The notes below the pieces were generated by a model that was given only the letters and a program-made list of their open reading frames with translations, ran no database searches and was not told the DNA's origin. The position numbers and the translations under genes were made by a program. Positions 38,048 through 49,594 of a stretch of 64,000 bases of DNA are shown here, piece after piece. The first letter of the stretch is position 1. Each line of letters starts with the position of its first letter. Source of the DNA: Adineta vaga (taxonomy: Eukaryota; Animalia; Rotifera). The DNA lies in contig CP075495.1 in NCBI GenBank assembly GCA_021613535.1, positions 15,004,001 through 15,068,000 on the forward strand. Reading direction: 5' to 3'.

Positions 38048-41000
38048 TTAGATATTTATTAAAGGAAAATAAGTATAGAAATCTTTTGAATGAGCCAGTG
38101 GTATAAACATAATTAATTCCTTGATATTAACACAATTATGCCTTGTTTCTTCTCTTGTAAAATCTTCTGTAACGGTTCTTAATTCGTTATAGATGACCGT
38201 TAATTTGGATAGATATGGAATATATGTCTTTTTCTCATTTAAAAATTGTTCAACATAATCGATATTTGCACATAGTAAATCAAGTGACATAAGATGAGGA
38301 TATTCAGCAATTTCATATAATTGATTATTGTCACATGAAAGCATATTGAAATTATCTGGTGATTTTGAACCAGAATTCAGAATGCGAAAATTCTTCAAAA
38401 GTGGAAAAGCTCGAGCAACGCGAAGAAAGAATTGTTCATTGGATGGAATTATGTCATGTACCAGTAAATATTCAACACGACTAAATATAATATTTGGAAA
38501 TATGTGACCAATATCTTCTAGTTGATCAAATAGAAATGGAACTGTGAAAATATGACACACAGTTTCTGTAATGTTAATCTTATTGACAAGACAAACTGCA
38601 TGGTCTTGTCTGATATTTGTAAATGTCCGTTGAATATCTTCATCAGATATATGTGTTAAATCATTTGTTTCGTTATAAGTAGAAATATAAAAAGTGAATG
38701 ATTGTAGTTTTGGCATATGGGCAAGTATTTCATTTTGAATATGAACTCCATCAATAAATACGCTTCGGTTCTTTATAGGAAGATATAATGTCAATTTTTC
38801 CAGTAATGACATACGACGAAGGAGTGGAAGGATTTTATTATCGTACGAACAAGTTGGATGAAAAGTTTGTAATGAGAAACATTTCAAATTAGGTAAATCA
38901 TCCTAGAAAATCATAATATTGATTAAACTACTCGTTTTATCCTTTTTGAACTTTTCTTCGAAATATTTTTTTTTTGGTAACAAAGCTTTATTGTAAAAAA
39001 GAACAACACTGTAACATAAAGTCAACGGAAGGTATTGTACTTCTACATAAGCTGGAGTAGAGAAAAAAAAAAAGGACACATGACGTATGTCTTTTGTCCG
39101 TGACATAGTAATAAGAACGAGAAAAATTTTATATGCCAATAGTGAGTGTAGATGGGGTGACGCGTGTAAAGTCTTACATATGTGGTAGAAGAAAAAGAGA
39201 AAGAAAACAGAAAACAGAAGATATAGTGGTACTATATGGATAGATTGGAGAGGAAGAGAAAAGAAGCTGGATTGTATGTGACATGTTTTAAATCAGCAAA
39301 TATATTGACTCGATTTCATATTGCATGTAAGAACGAGCAAAGAATTTACTGGATATTGTAAGGATCAGCAAAGACGTTGACTCGATATCATATTGTATAT
39401 AAGAACGAGCAAGGAATTTACTGGATATTGTAAGGATCAGCAAAGACGTTGACTCGATATCATATTGTATATAAGAACGAGTAAAAGAATTTGCTGTATA
39501 CATGAATCGGTTTAAAGATTGGCTCGATATTATATTATATATAAGAATGCGATCAATAAATAACTGAATAGAACGAAAGAACGATACAGCATATAGATTG
39601 AATCGACTTCTTATTTTGTATAAGAACGAGTTAAACGAAGTAGCTGAATAGTATATTTGATTGCGATATATCGTTTTTTACATCGATTCGACTGACACAA
39701 GAATAGTCTATTCTCTCGATGTTACTATTATATGTAATGGTTGGTGATTTCTTTTTTAAATTTTGTCTAAGATGCATTGTAGATGATTCTTCAGTGTAAT
39801 GTCGTTGTTTGTTGTTGCCTTTTGAAGTGTATGTTTAAGGTCCTATTGCATAATCTTTGATTTTTGGAATGTTGCTGATCTTGTGGATATATTTGACAGA
39901 TGTATATATGGGTAGTCCGAGTGCAGCTCTAATTGCTTTATTCTGCATGATTTGTAAACGGTCCCATACTTTTGATCAGCAGTAAGGAGAATAGGATGTC
40001 CATAAATGATAACTGTGCGTACAATTGATTTGAAAATATTTATCATCGTCTTGTTGTTGGGTTCATATGCTGTTCTCGAAAGATATCGAAGTAGACCGAT
40101 CCGAGGAGCAATCTTGCTTTCAATATGTTCGAGATGTGCTCGCCATTTTAATCTTTTATCTATAATTACACCCAAGTAACGTGTGGAGTCCAGTGGTTTG
40201 ATGATGGTGTCTTCAACTTTAACTTTCACTGGATTCTTGTAGTGTTTTCTTGGATGTATGCTGAAGTGTATCAGCTCTGTCTTAGTTGGTTGAAGTTTTA
40301 ATTTCCATGACTTGCACCAACTTTCGAATGCATCTATGGATTGTTGTAATCTGGTGTTAAGATTTGTTAAGGTGTTGCCAGATGTCCATAATGCAGTGTC
40401 GTCGGCGAACAACCCATGTTCTGTATGAGTTGGTATTCCATTCATCGAATCTGCCGTATACATAATATAAAGTAATGGTGATAACGGAGATCCTTGTGGT
40501 GTACCGCTCTTCAGATTAAACGGACGTGATAATATATTTTCGATTTCAATTGCAGCCGTTCTATTGCTTAAGAATGAGATCAGATAGTTGATGATGAAAC
40601 AGGGAAGACGTAGATCATTAAGCTTGTATATCAAACCATCGTGCCATACCGAATCAAATGCGGCTTTGATGTCGAAAAGAATGACAGCTGAGTGACGTCG
40701 TCGACGTGGTCGTCTAAGTTGTCCTGCAGCGTATCTTTCTAATCGCACGATGTTGTATATAGTGCTTTTACCTGGTCTAAATCCGGCTTGATGTTGTGGT
40801 AAGATGTTTCGTCGTTCAAGTTCGAGCATTAAACGTTGTTTGATTATTTTCTCCAATAGTTTGCCTAAGCAACTAAGGAGACTAATCGGTCGATAGCTAG
40901 ACGGTTGTTGTTTGTCTTTCTTTGGCTTTAATAGAAGAATAATATTAGCCTTTTTCCACATTGCTGGAATATAACCTTGTTTCAAAATTGCATTAAACAG

Positions 41001-44000
41001 ATTTGTTAGATGCTGTACCAGTAATTTTGAATGATTCTTCAAACATCGGTTATGAATGTTGTCTGGACCAGTGGAGCTATTTCTAAGTTGTCTTATATGA
41101 TTTTTGACTTCTTTTTCTTTGATTTGCTTCCACTTTGGTGTGTTTGAAGAGGTTATAGTTTTACTTTTGACTTTGTTTGCTTGGCGTGTTACTTGATCAT
41201 GAAGTGGCAACGTATCAGCAGTGTGAGAGTAGACTTCATTTTCGAAGTAATCTGCAAATAAGTCTGCTTTCTCCTTGTCTGATGTTGCAGTTGTATTGTT
41301 GTATTTCATGATGTTGGCGTAGGTTTGCTTGATCCTTTTGTTGTGGAACTTGCGCACCGTCAGCCAAACTTTGTCCGAATACATTTTCTTATGGCATAAA
41401 GATGACATTAACTTGTTGAAGTTATTTCTTCTGTCGTTTCTAAGTGAATTTGTAAGCAAGACTTTGGAATTGTAATATAGATGTTTATCTAAGTTGTTTC
41501 CAGTCTTCTTCCATTTTCGATATGCTTGATGTTTTTGTTTTATCAGGCTTATCGATACTTCACTTGGTGTATACGTTCGGATCATCTGCTTTGTTTGTGG
41601 AACGGCTTCTTTTGTTGCTTCTAGTATACTAGTGGTAATGAATGATGTATATTCTTCTATGTCTGCTGTTGAATCTAAATGATGATCATTTTTCCACAGC
41701 ATCAGTTGTTGATCTAACTTGCACCTAAATTTTGACCATTTTGCTGCTTTGAAATTAAATAAAATTCTTGACGAAGCCGGTTTGGGTTCAGCTCCGCAAG
41801 GAATATCAAATGTTAATGGTTTATGGCCATTTAATGCACCGATTGTTGGATGAGTCTCAACGTTTGATATGAATGAAAGAAGTGGTTGACTTGCTAATCC
41901 AATCTAGTTTAACTTCATAATCATTTTTTTCGAAAGTTGGACTATCATCGTCGACACAATCAATAAGACCATCTTTAAATAATTCTTGCAGCTGTCTTCC
42001 TCTAGCATTAGCTTGTTGTGATCCCATATTATATAATGTTGCATTAAGATCACCCATGATAATGCAGTTGTTGTTGACGTTATAAAGTTCGTGGAATAAG
42101 TTGATATCGATCTTTGCTTTTGGTGGTACGTAAATGGAGGATATTAGTATTGATTTGAATGATTTAGTTCGAATCTCTACTGCTATCGCTTCATTCTTGC
42201 AGGTTGTTTTGTTTAGTACTTCTTGACACTTGATATGTTGTTTCACTGCTAGTAATACTCCACCCCCAGCTTGTCCTATTCGATCATTTCTGAAGATGTT
42301 ATAACCAAAAAGCGTGAATGGTCTTTCGCTCTTTAGATTAGTTTCATTAACAGAGATAATATCGTATTTGGAGAATCTGGCTAGGAGTTCATCTTTGTGT
42401 TTGGTAATTGAGTTAATGTTGATATGGCATAAACTAAGCATCGTTGCTGCTTGTTTTAAGTGTTTTCTTGTCGTTTATAGATGCATCAGGAGAGTTGTTG
42501 GAAGAAAGGGCTCTCTTGTTTGTATTGGATCCTTCTTTTGTATTTTGTGCGTCTTTTGATGTAGTAGAAGTTGATGGCATAGTAGGTTTATTTGAAGTGA
42601 CATTCTCTGTTGTAGACGATTTGTCAGCTTCATTCTGTTTTTTTTTGGTTTTGGTTTGATGATCTTAACTGCTTGACTTTGTTCGTTGGAATCAGAGTCT
42701 GAATCAGTTAATATATATTTTTCTTCATTATTACGATCGAGGAGTCCGAATGATTTTTCGATCTTCTTGATCTTCTGATGTAGTGCTTTGAATAGTCGAT
42801 TGGTAGTTTTTTCGATGATGGTTTCCATTTTGCTGGTAAGAGCATTAATGATATCGTCGAATAAATTGTCCGTTAATAGTTGTTTTTGTGTTTGGTTGAA
42901 TTGTGATAGAGGTGGGAAGTCATGTGTGCTGTAGATTGATGGTGCTTGTGTTACTTGTTTGCTTGTTGTTGCATATTGGTTAACCATGTTTTGCATCTTC
43001 TTTTCTTGTTCTCTATAATGTGAACATTCTTTGGAAGTAGCAATATGATTACCTTTACAGTTGTAGCACTTGACTGCGTCATCTGTAACAGTACATTTGT
43101 CGTTGCTATGATTTTCACCACATCGACTACATACTTGTTGCTTGGTTTTGCAGTATTTGGCTACATGGTTGTATTTTAAGCAAATGTAACATTGCACCGG
43201 TTTGGAATTTTGTGTGGCTGGTTCAGCGGTGAAGTGCATGCAATCCACTTGTAAACCAGTTTGCACAAAGATATTTCGATTTGTTGCATCGCTAAATGAT
43301 ATCTTGACTGTTCGTGTTGGAGTCTTACCATCTTTGCTTGTTAATCGAATAACTTCTGTTACTTCAAGACCAACGTTCTTTAGTGCTTCAGTTATTCGAT
43401 CGTTTGGTAGTTCTAGATCGACTCTTTTTACGAAGGCGATCTTTTCTGTGTCCTTGATTCTTTGTATAGATCTTGGAACGTATACCGTGGCTGATGGTTG
43501 ACCGTTTGACGATAATATTGATGAAAAGTCGTTTAATATGTTGTTGAACGATTTAACATCTCTTGCATATAATGTGAATATTCCATTTCGTCCAAGTTGG
43601 ATGTCATGGATATTGACTTCAGCAAGATGTTGCTTCAATATATCATTTAGCTGCAATTTGTTTAAGTTAACACCCTCTAGAATAAGAGGGGCGATACTAA
43701 ATGTTGGTTGGCTTGATTTTAAAGCATATGGTCCTGCTTTGCCATCTTGTGTTGTTCGTTGTGGGCTTTGTATGCTTTGTGAGCTTTGTGGCCCTTGTTT
43801 TCGTTGTGTGGTGGTTGCTCTTTGTTGGTTGTCCACGCTGTGATAGCGTCTCTGTTGACCACCGCCACCCCTTCCTCTCTTGGAAGGCATTAAAATCAGC
43901 ACCAGTTGTTGATAATTTGATGTAGATTGTTTTTGTTTTCTTGTTTGGGTTGATGAAGTACAGAGGATCTCGATGAAAAACCAGTTTTTTTAAGTCCTAG

Positions 44001-45410
44001 GACTTTTTAGCTGGTCGAAAGAAAAAGTAGAAAGACGAGAGATAAGATATATATGTTTATTTCACTTGGACGAATGCGACTGATCGCGACCAAGTCAACT
44101 AGTGTTCTTCGAAATATAACTTATATGCATGTGTTATCGGAAAGAATTATACTATCAAAACATTGTTCTATTTTCCGTTTTTCGATCAAGGAAACTAAGA
44201 ATATCACCTCCTGTGAGGATTGACCGTACTAGCATAGTAGATGTTGCTTAATGAGAATGTTCACCAAAGAAAATTCTTAAGTGTCCGAGTAGATTTTCAC
44301 CAATGTAGCTTCTTTAGGTCTTTTTTCTCTCTAAGAGAGATGCCTGTGCATATAGGGCACCTCACTTCTCGCTACGCTCTTCATGATAGTTTACCATTTC
44401 TACTATACTATCCGATTCTTTTGAGACAAAAACTTCACAGACTCTTCAAGAAGATTATTGTCATTCAATAGTGTCAGAGAAAAGTAATTATTTTAAATGT
44501 CTATTAATGTCATAAAAACGGTCAAACACTCGCGTGTTCAATCCGATCGAATAAGCGCACAAAATTGGTAACAAGTTTCATCTAATTACTATTTCTCAAG
44601 ACTTACCCTATTGTGAATGATTGGCGAAGGATTACGTATAGAGGAAATCTCAACAATCAATATTTCTAAATGTTTGAGTCGACCATCAAGAAGATACAGA
44701 CAATCATCCAAATTAAGTACATTAATACATAAATGAGTCAGATTTGCAGCGACGAAAGAAGTTGATGGTAAAGAGCAGAGTGATAAAGTTGGATACGATA
44801 AGTAGGATGTTTTACAGATACTTAGTTGTCTTAAACTCTTGAAAAAATGTAAGATGTGTTCATAAACGTTTTTAGTATAACTTTTAGTTGATCGTATCTT
44901 GTCCTTTTCGTCATTATTTATTAAAATTAGGTTTTCTAATTTGGTTTTGAAAGATACACCGGAGTGGTGAAAAATCTAGAAATGTTAATGAAAGATTTCT
45001 AATTGATAATATCGAATACCATTCGTTCATTTACCTGAAAAATGCGCTGAAACTATTTCTCTTTTAAAATCGAAAATTTTCAGCTTAGTTAAATTTGGAT
45101 AATCTGTAGCCATTAGAACTCGTTCCATAAATACTGGTTTAACAACGAAATATGTGACATTGATACACATTCTTGGTAATATATTGGTACAAATTTGATT
45201 GAGTCGGAGTTGATTCATTGAAGTAGCATTATTATCAATCGATACAAAATCGAGCATCTGACCAAAGATTTTTTCTTGTGCAAAAATGTTTAATCGTTGA
45301 TTATTAATATTTAATAATGTGTAAAGAACATCAACATTGTTCAGTTTTCTTAGAATCATAAGTAAGATTTCATCAGGTAGATCTAAAAGTTGAATATTAC
45401 ATCGATTCAT
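38048..45410 (-). CDS. F-box + LRR-like protein, 3 exons, LINE in intron 2, +1 frameshift in exon 2
   Basis: Exon 1 (45410-45034) has the F-box LLDLPDEILLMILRKL. Exon 2 (44975-44607) contains DDCLYLLDGRL. Exon 3 (38902-38048) runs DDLPNLKCFSL...YFPL. Exon 2 is 369 nt with a phase-1 start and phase-0 end, so it is 1 nt too long (extra A near 44933). Confidence 0.7.
39290..39650. repeat. About 72-bp tandem repeat (about 5 units, decaying) in the LINE 3' UTR
   Basis: The anchor aagaa(c/t)g recurs at 39329, 39401, 39473, 39543 and 39622. Confidence 0.85.
39757..42441 (-). CDS. LINE ORF2, AP-endonuclease + reverse transcriptase (frameshifted)
   Basis: EN motifs: HININSI, SVNET, GGGV, SIYVPP, GDLNA. 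RT motifs: YRPISLL, QAGFR, FDIKAAFD, GTPQGSPLSP, FADD, YLGV. Frameshifts at about 41895, 39970 and 39840. Confidence 0.9.
42436..43902 (-). CDS. LINE ORF1, gag-like with three zinc knuckles
   Basis: Knuckles: CYICLKYNHVAKYC, CSRCGENHSNDKC, CYNCKGNHIATSKEC. A likely frameshift lies in the A-run near 42640. The alternative frame ends ...KTSSNDA*, overlapping the ORF2 ATG. Confidence 0.85.
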
Positions 45411-45797
45411 ACCTAGATTTGATATGTCATTGTGCCCAAAGACTAAAGGTGTATTTATATAGATATGTATGCGTATAGTTTGTTTTTAACCAATCTGATC
45501 ATTATGAAATAGAATAGATGACCTCTTTAAAAAAAACAAGAAATAGAAATATTTTATATTGTTGTAATAGATAAAGTTTTGAAATATTAAAATATGAGTT
45601 TTTTCCTTCACTTCTGGAACTGGTGCAAATTAATTTAGTGTAGGTAGTCGTCAATTCAGATAAAAAGGTGTTGAATATTTATAAAATAATTAGATATTTT
45701 TTAAGAATACACTCATGATCAATATACGATAGACTAAAATCATTTAAAATAAAGAAAAATGTCAATAATGGATTAAAAAAAAAGGATTATAATATGT

Positions 45798-48700
45798 TCA
45801 GTTCGGTGGTTCCCAACGGGATTCATTTGTATTTGTATTGAAATAATAAAATCGTTCTTCCCTCATACTCCATCGTTTGATCCAACCAAATGGTAGTTGA
45901 ATACCTGAATCAGGTTCGTCCGACGATGATGAAGATCGTCGTTCCACACTGACACAATCATGTGCTTCTTTCCAATCATCGTCCTTGATTCTCAAATCAA
46001 TCTATGAAAAAGATCAAATGAAAATAATGTTTGAGAAAATGAAAAAGAAAACCTCTTCATCATCATCGTCAATATGTTCAATAAGCCAAAGACGTTTGCT
46101 TAAAGCTTGAATTTCTCTTTGTATCAATCGTTGACTTGTATCAGCAATGTATTGTTGAAATTCTGAGTCCAATAAACATTTCAATGGTACAACTTCTAGA
46201 ATATCTTCTGTTTTCTCATATTTCAATAAATGATCAAGATGATCAATAATTCTTTGATTGACAGATGATTTCAATTGATAACAAACGAGAAATCGTTGAG
46301 AAGATGAAGGATCAAGTGTAAATGGACGAAGAATACAAATTGATTTAAATGAATAATAAAGTAAATAAATTAAACCAGTTGTAAAACGTGTTAATGTATC
46401 TGTTAATTTACATATAAAATGACCATTTTCATGAAGTTTCGTCAATGCATTGCGACATGATATTAACATCTGACGTTTGTTATATTGTTCAAGATAACGT
46501 TGATTGATTTTTTGATTGATTGGTAAAATTGAAAGATCAGAACAAAGAAGATGAACTTTCGAATGAATCAAATCAGTTGATGGTTTATATTGAATTGATG
46601 AACTCATTGGAAACGAGTTTTTCAGATCGGATATGATGAAACCATGAACATGATTTTGTTGTTGCCAAACAAGATATTCAGCAAAACCAGTTAATGATAT
46701 ATTATCAATAAGAAATGAAAAAGGAGTTGAATCATTTGATTGTAGTGATGTCTGTTAAAAGAAAAATTAGATTCAGAACATCTTATTATTGTTACTCACT
46801 AATTTAAAAAGTTTATCCAGTGATGCTAATTGAAATGCTGTTTGAGAATCAATAAATATTCCATGAATATTTCGATAGTTTTCATCTTTATTCAATAATT
46901 CTAGTTGATCAGCAAGGAATATTTTGGTTGTAGATAAATTATCTTTTTGAACTTTTTCATAATATTCTTCACGTTTCTTATATAATGATTCTAAATCATC
47001 AAATTTCACATATAATGACGATAAAACTGAATGTAAGCCCGATGCAATTGTAATGGATTTTGGATTTAATGAGAGAGGAGATGAACGAATTGAGATAGGT
47101 TGATCATAATTGAAAAATAAAGGTTCATCAACGACTTTTGGTAATTTCAAAGAAGAAGAAGATGATGATGATAATAGTATTGTAGTTGTTTGATTATGAT
47201 GACCTAGACCAAGGCGAGAGTTGAGCATAATTGTTTCGATGGGTGTTGATCGACCTTGGCCATGAGTGCCTAAACCTTGTCCTTCGATATGACCCATTTT
47301 TTTCATCATTTTCATTGCCAAAGATTCTTGTTGCTCATTATTGTTTGAAGAAACTGTCTCTATTTTATCGATCTCGTCATCACCATCTGTTGTTGTTGTC
47401 GTTGCTCTAAAATTCTTACTTCCAATAGTAACAGTTTTCCCTTGACCTAATGCACGTCTCTTGTTGGATTTGTCTTCTTCTGTTTCTTCTTCTGCATTAT
47501 CATTATCATTAGTTTTGGAATTTAATAAGAATTCTTCTCGAGAACGTTTTTTCTCTTGTCGATAAGCAAGATTCCCACCATCACGTTGTTTTAATCCACC
47601 TTTGACAGTTGAAGCACTATTTCCTAATGCTCTTGCTGAGCCATCTAGTTCAACATTATTAACAATACGTCTACGTTGTTCATAATGATAATCAATTGAA
47701 CAAAGTCGTCGAAATTCTTTAACAATATCAGTATTTAATCGATATATGGCGTGTTCAACATTTCGATTCCAAATTCTTTCTAAATCAAGATTGCGTTCAA
47801 GTGCTTGAATTTGTTTTATTGTAAAATATTCTGCAAATTTGATTAATTCATCAAGAAATGATTGTGGAATTGATTGTCGTGATATCAAAGCTTTACCAGA
47901 CGGAAATGTTGGCGAAACAAAGGAAAGTAATGATTGAATAATTTCAGGATGAATACCACGAAAGCCAAGTGCAATGATGTATGTTTCACCATTTGGTGCA
48001 CGTGACGATGCTGGTTTAAATATACTTAATTCTTTGAAATAAAGTGATAAAATATAAAGAAGACAAACTGTGTCACATTCAAATAAACTAAACATCTTTA
48101 AAACAAGTGAACCACCTTTGATTAATACTTTCATTGCACAAATCGCTTCTGTATAATGTAATTCAGAGACAATTGATTCTTGTTCGTTGGGATCACCAGA
48201 TGTATCAACTGATCCATCTCCAGTGACAAGATGAACACCAATTGAGTTTGATTCTTTCTAATTAATAGAAAACCTTTTTATTATTATCAATATATCGATA
48301 TAAAACAATGAGTTTACTTGTATTTTTTCCAATAGACCTTCAATATTATTTGGACTAAGAATATTTCCACTATTATCTCGGCCAAAATACCACTGATTCA
48401 ATGTTTCAACAATAAATCGATCATCGTCAACCATTGCTTCTTGATCGTTACCTTCATAATATGGATTAAGAGAAAGACCTGTCCATTGCCAATGTCGTTG
48501 AGATGAACGTGAATCTCTTCTTTCATAAGTTTTAGTATAATAGAAATTAGTGGCACAAATAAATGCACCTGGTGCTTCACAAACATGAGCACTTCGAAAT
48601 GATTCATTTTCAGATAAATCTATTGAAATCGAGATTCAGTTATAAAGAAATAATTCGTAAAGTTGTGTTTACCTTTAGGAATAAGAGTTGGATATTGAGA

Positions 48701-49105
48701 AAAGATTTCAGCCATTTTAATCCAAGCATTTGTACACATTTCAATATGATTTTGATCTCGTAATGACCAAACAATTCGACCTGTCATATTTGTCTTTCCT
48801 GTAAGTTTTTTCCATTCTTTAATATCTTTTTCATTTAAACGATTTCTTGTATCATTCAATTTTGTTTTTAATTGCATTAATTCTTCGATTTCCCATCGAT
48901 TCTCTCGAAAAAGATTGTCTCGTAATAGTAATGAATGATCTTTGAGTGAAGTTATCATTGAAAAACTTTTCTTTTTACGAAATAATTCGTCTCGTCCTTG
49001 ATTAACAAGACGAGATTCATCATCAGTGAGAGGAATTGGTCTGTCACGATTATAATTTGGATAATTATTATACCTTCCACGTGATCCTCTATTATAATTT
49101 GACAT
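45798..49105 (-). CDS. CMTR2: Cap-specific mRNA 2'-O-methyltransferase (CMTR2-type) fused to G-patch, degenerate CMTR1-like MTase and WW domain, about 1031 aa
   Basis: Exons 49105-48673, 48619-48318, 48257-46800, 46751-46053 and 46001-45798 sum to 3096 nt in frame. CMTR2 motifs: EMCTNAWIKM, HVCEAPGAFI, LNPYYEGND, LVTGDGS, GGSLVLKMF, KPASSRAPNGETY. G-patch: MKMMKKMGHIEGQGLG...RLGLG. WW: LPFGW...YYFN...SRWEPP. Confidence 0.88.
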
Positions 49106-49594
49106 TATCGAATTAATATCTTAATAAAATATAATAAATCTAAAAACAAATCAAATGTAGAAGAAAAATTATTTCGATGATTACGAACAGTTAGAATAAA
49201 TTTATATTAGAGAAATGTGTATGATACCGAATTTTTTCACCTGATGTTTGTCGAAGAATGTAATGATGTTTTCTCCATCATACTGTTAATATTTGTTTTC
49301 TTTCTACCTACAAAACTATTTGATTCTTTTTTGGACAAACATTGAAATTTCATGAAAAATAAATTCAAAAAATAGAATTCAATAAAGAGAGAAAGAATAA
49401 CTATATTTTCAAAGCAATAAATCATGAGATGTTTATCAGGTATGACTCAATTCTTTTCGTTTGATATAACAAAGTTGAGTAAGTTGATAAAAATGTCTCA
49501 TGTAATAAATTCAAAAAATGAGATAAAGAATGAAAAAGTCTCTTTTATTCTTTTCTCTTACGGAGCAATGTTTTTTTTTCGTTGCAACATTGTC

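Larger units (their letters stand above)
38967..44104 (-). mobile_element. Full-length non-LTR retrotransposon (Jockey/I-group-like LINE)
   Basis: 13-bp TSD ttcttcgaaatat at 38954-38966 and 44105-44117. Poly(A) tail seen as a T-run at 38966-38975, with AATAAA just upstream. Gag-like ORF1 and APE+RT ORF2. Confidence 0.95.

Noticed and set aside
39290-39650. Possible CRISPR array or hammerhead ribozyme array
   Set aside because: Units repeat in full with no unique spacers, there are no cas genes and the context is eukaryotic. No CTGAnGA...GAAA core was found.
42314-43925. Several plus-strand ORFs over the LINE
   Set aside because: Antisense shadows of ORF1/ORF2.
38944-44170. LINE interrupting a coding exon of the F-box gene
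   Set aside because: The exon 2 donor (44606) joins the exon 3 acceptor (38903) in phase 0, so the insertion is intronic.
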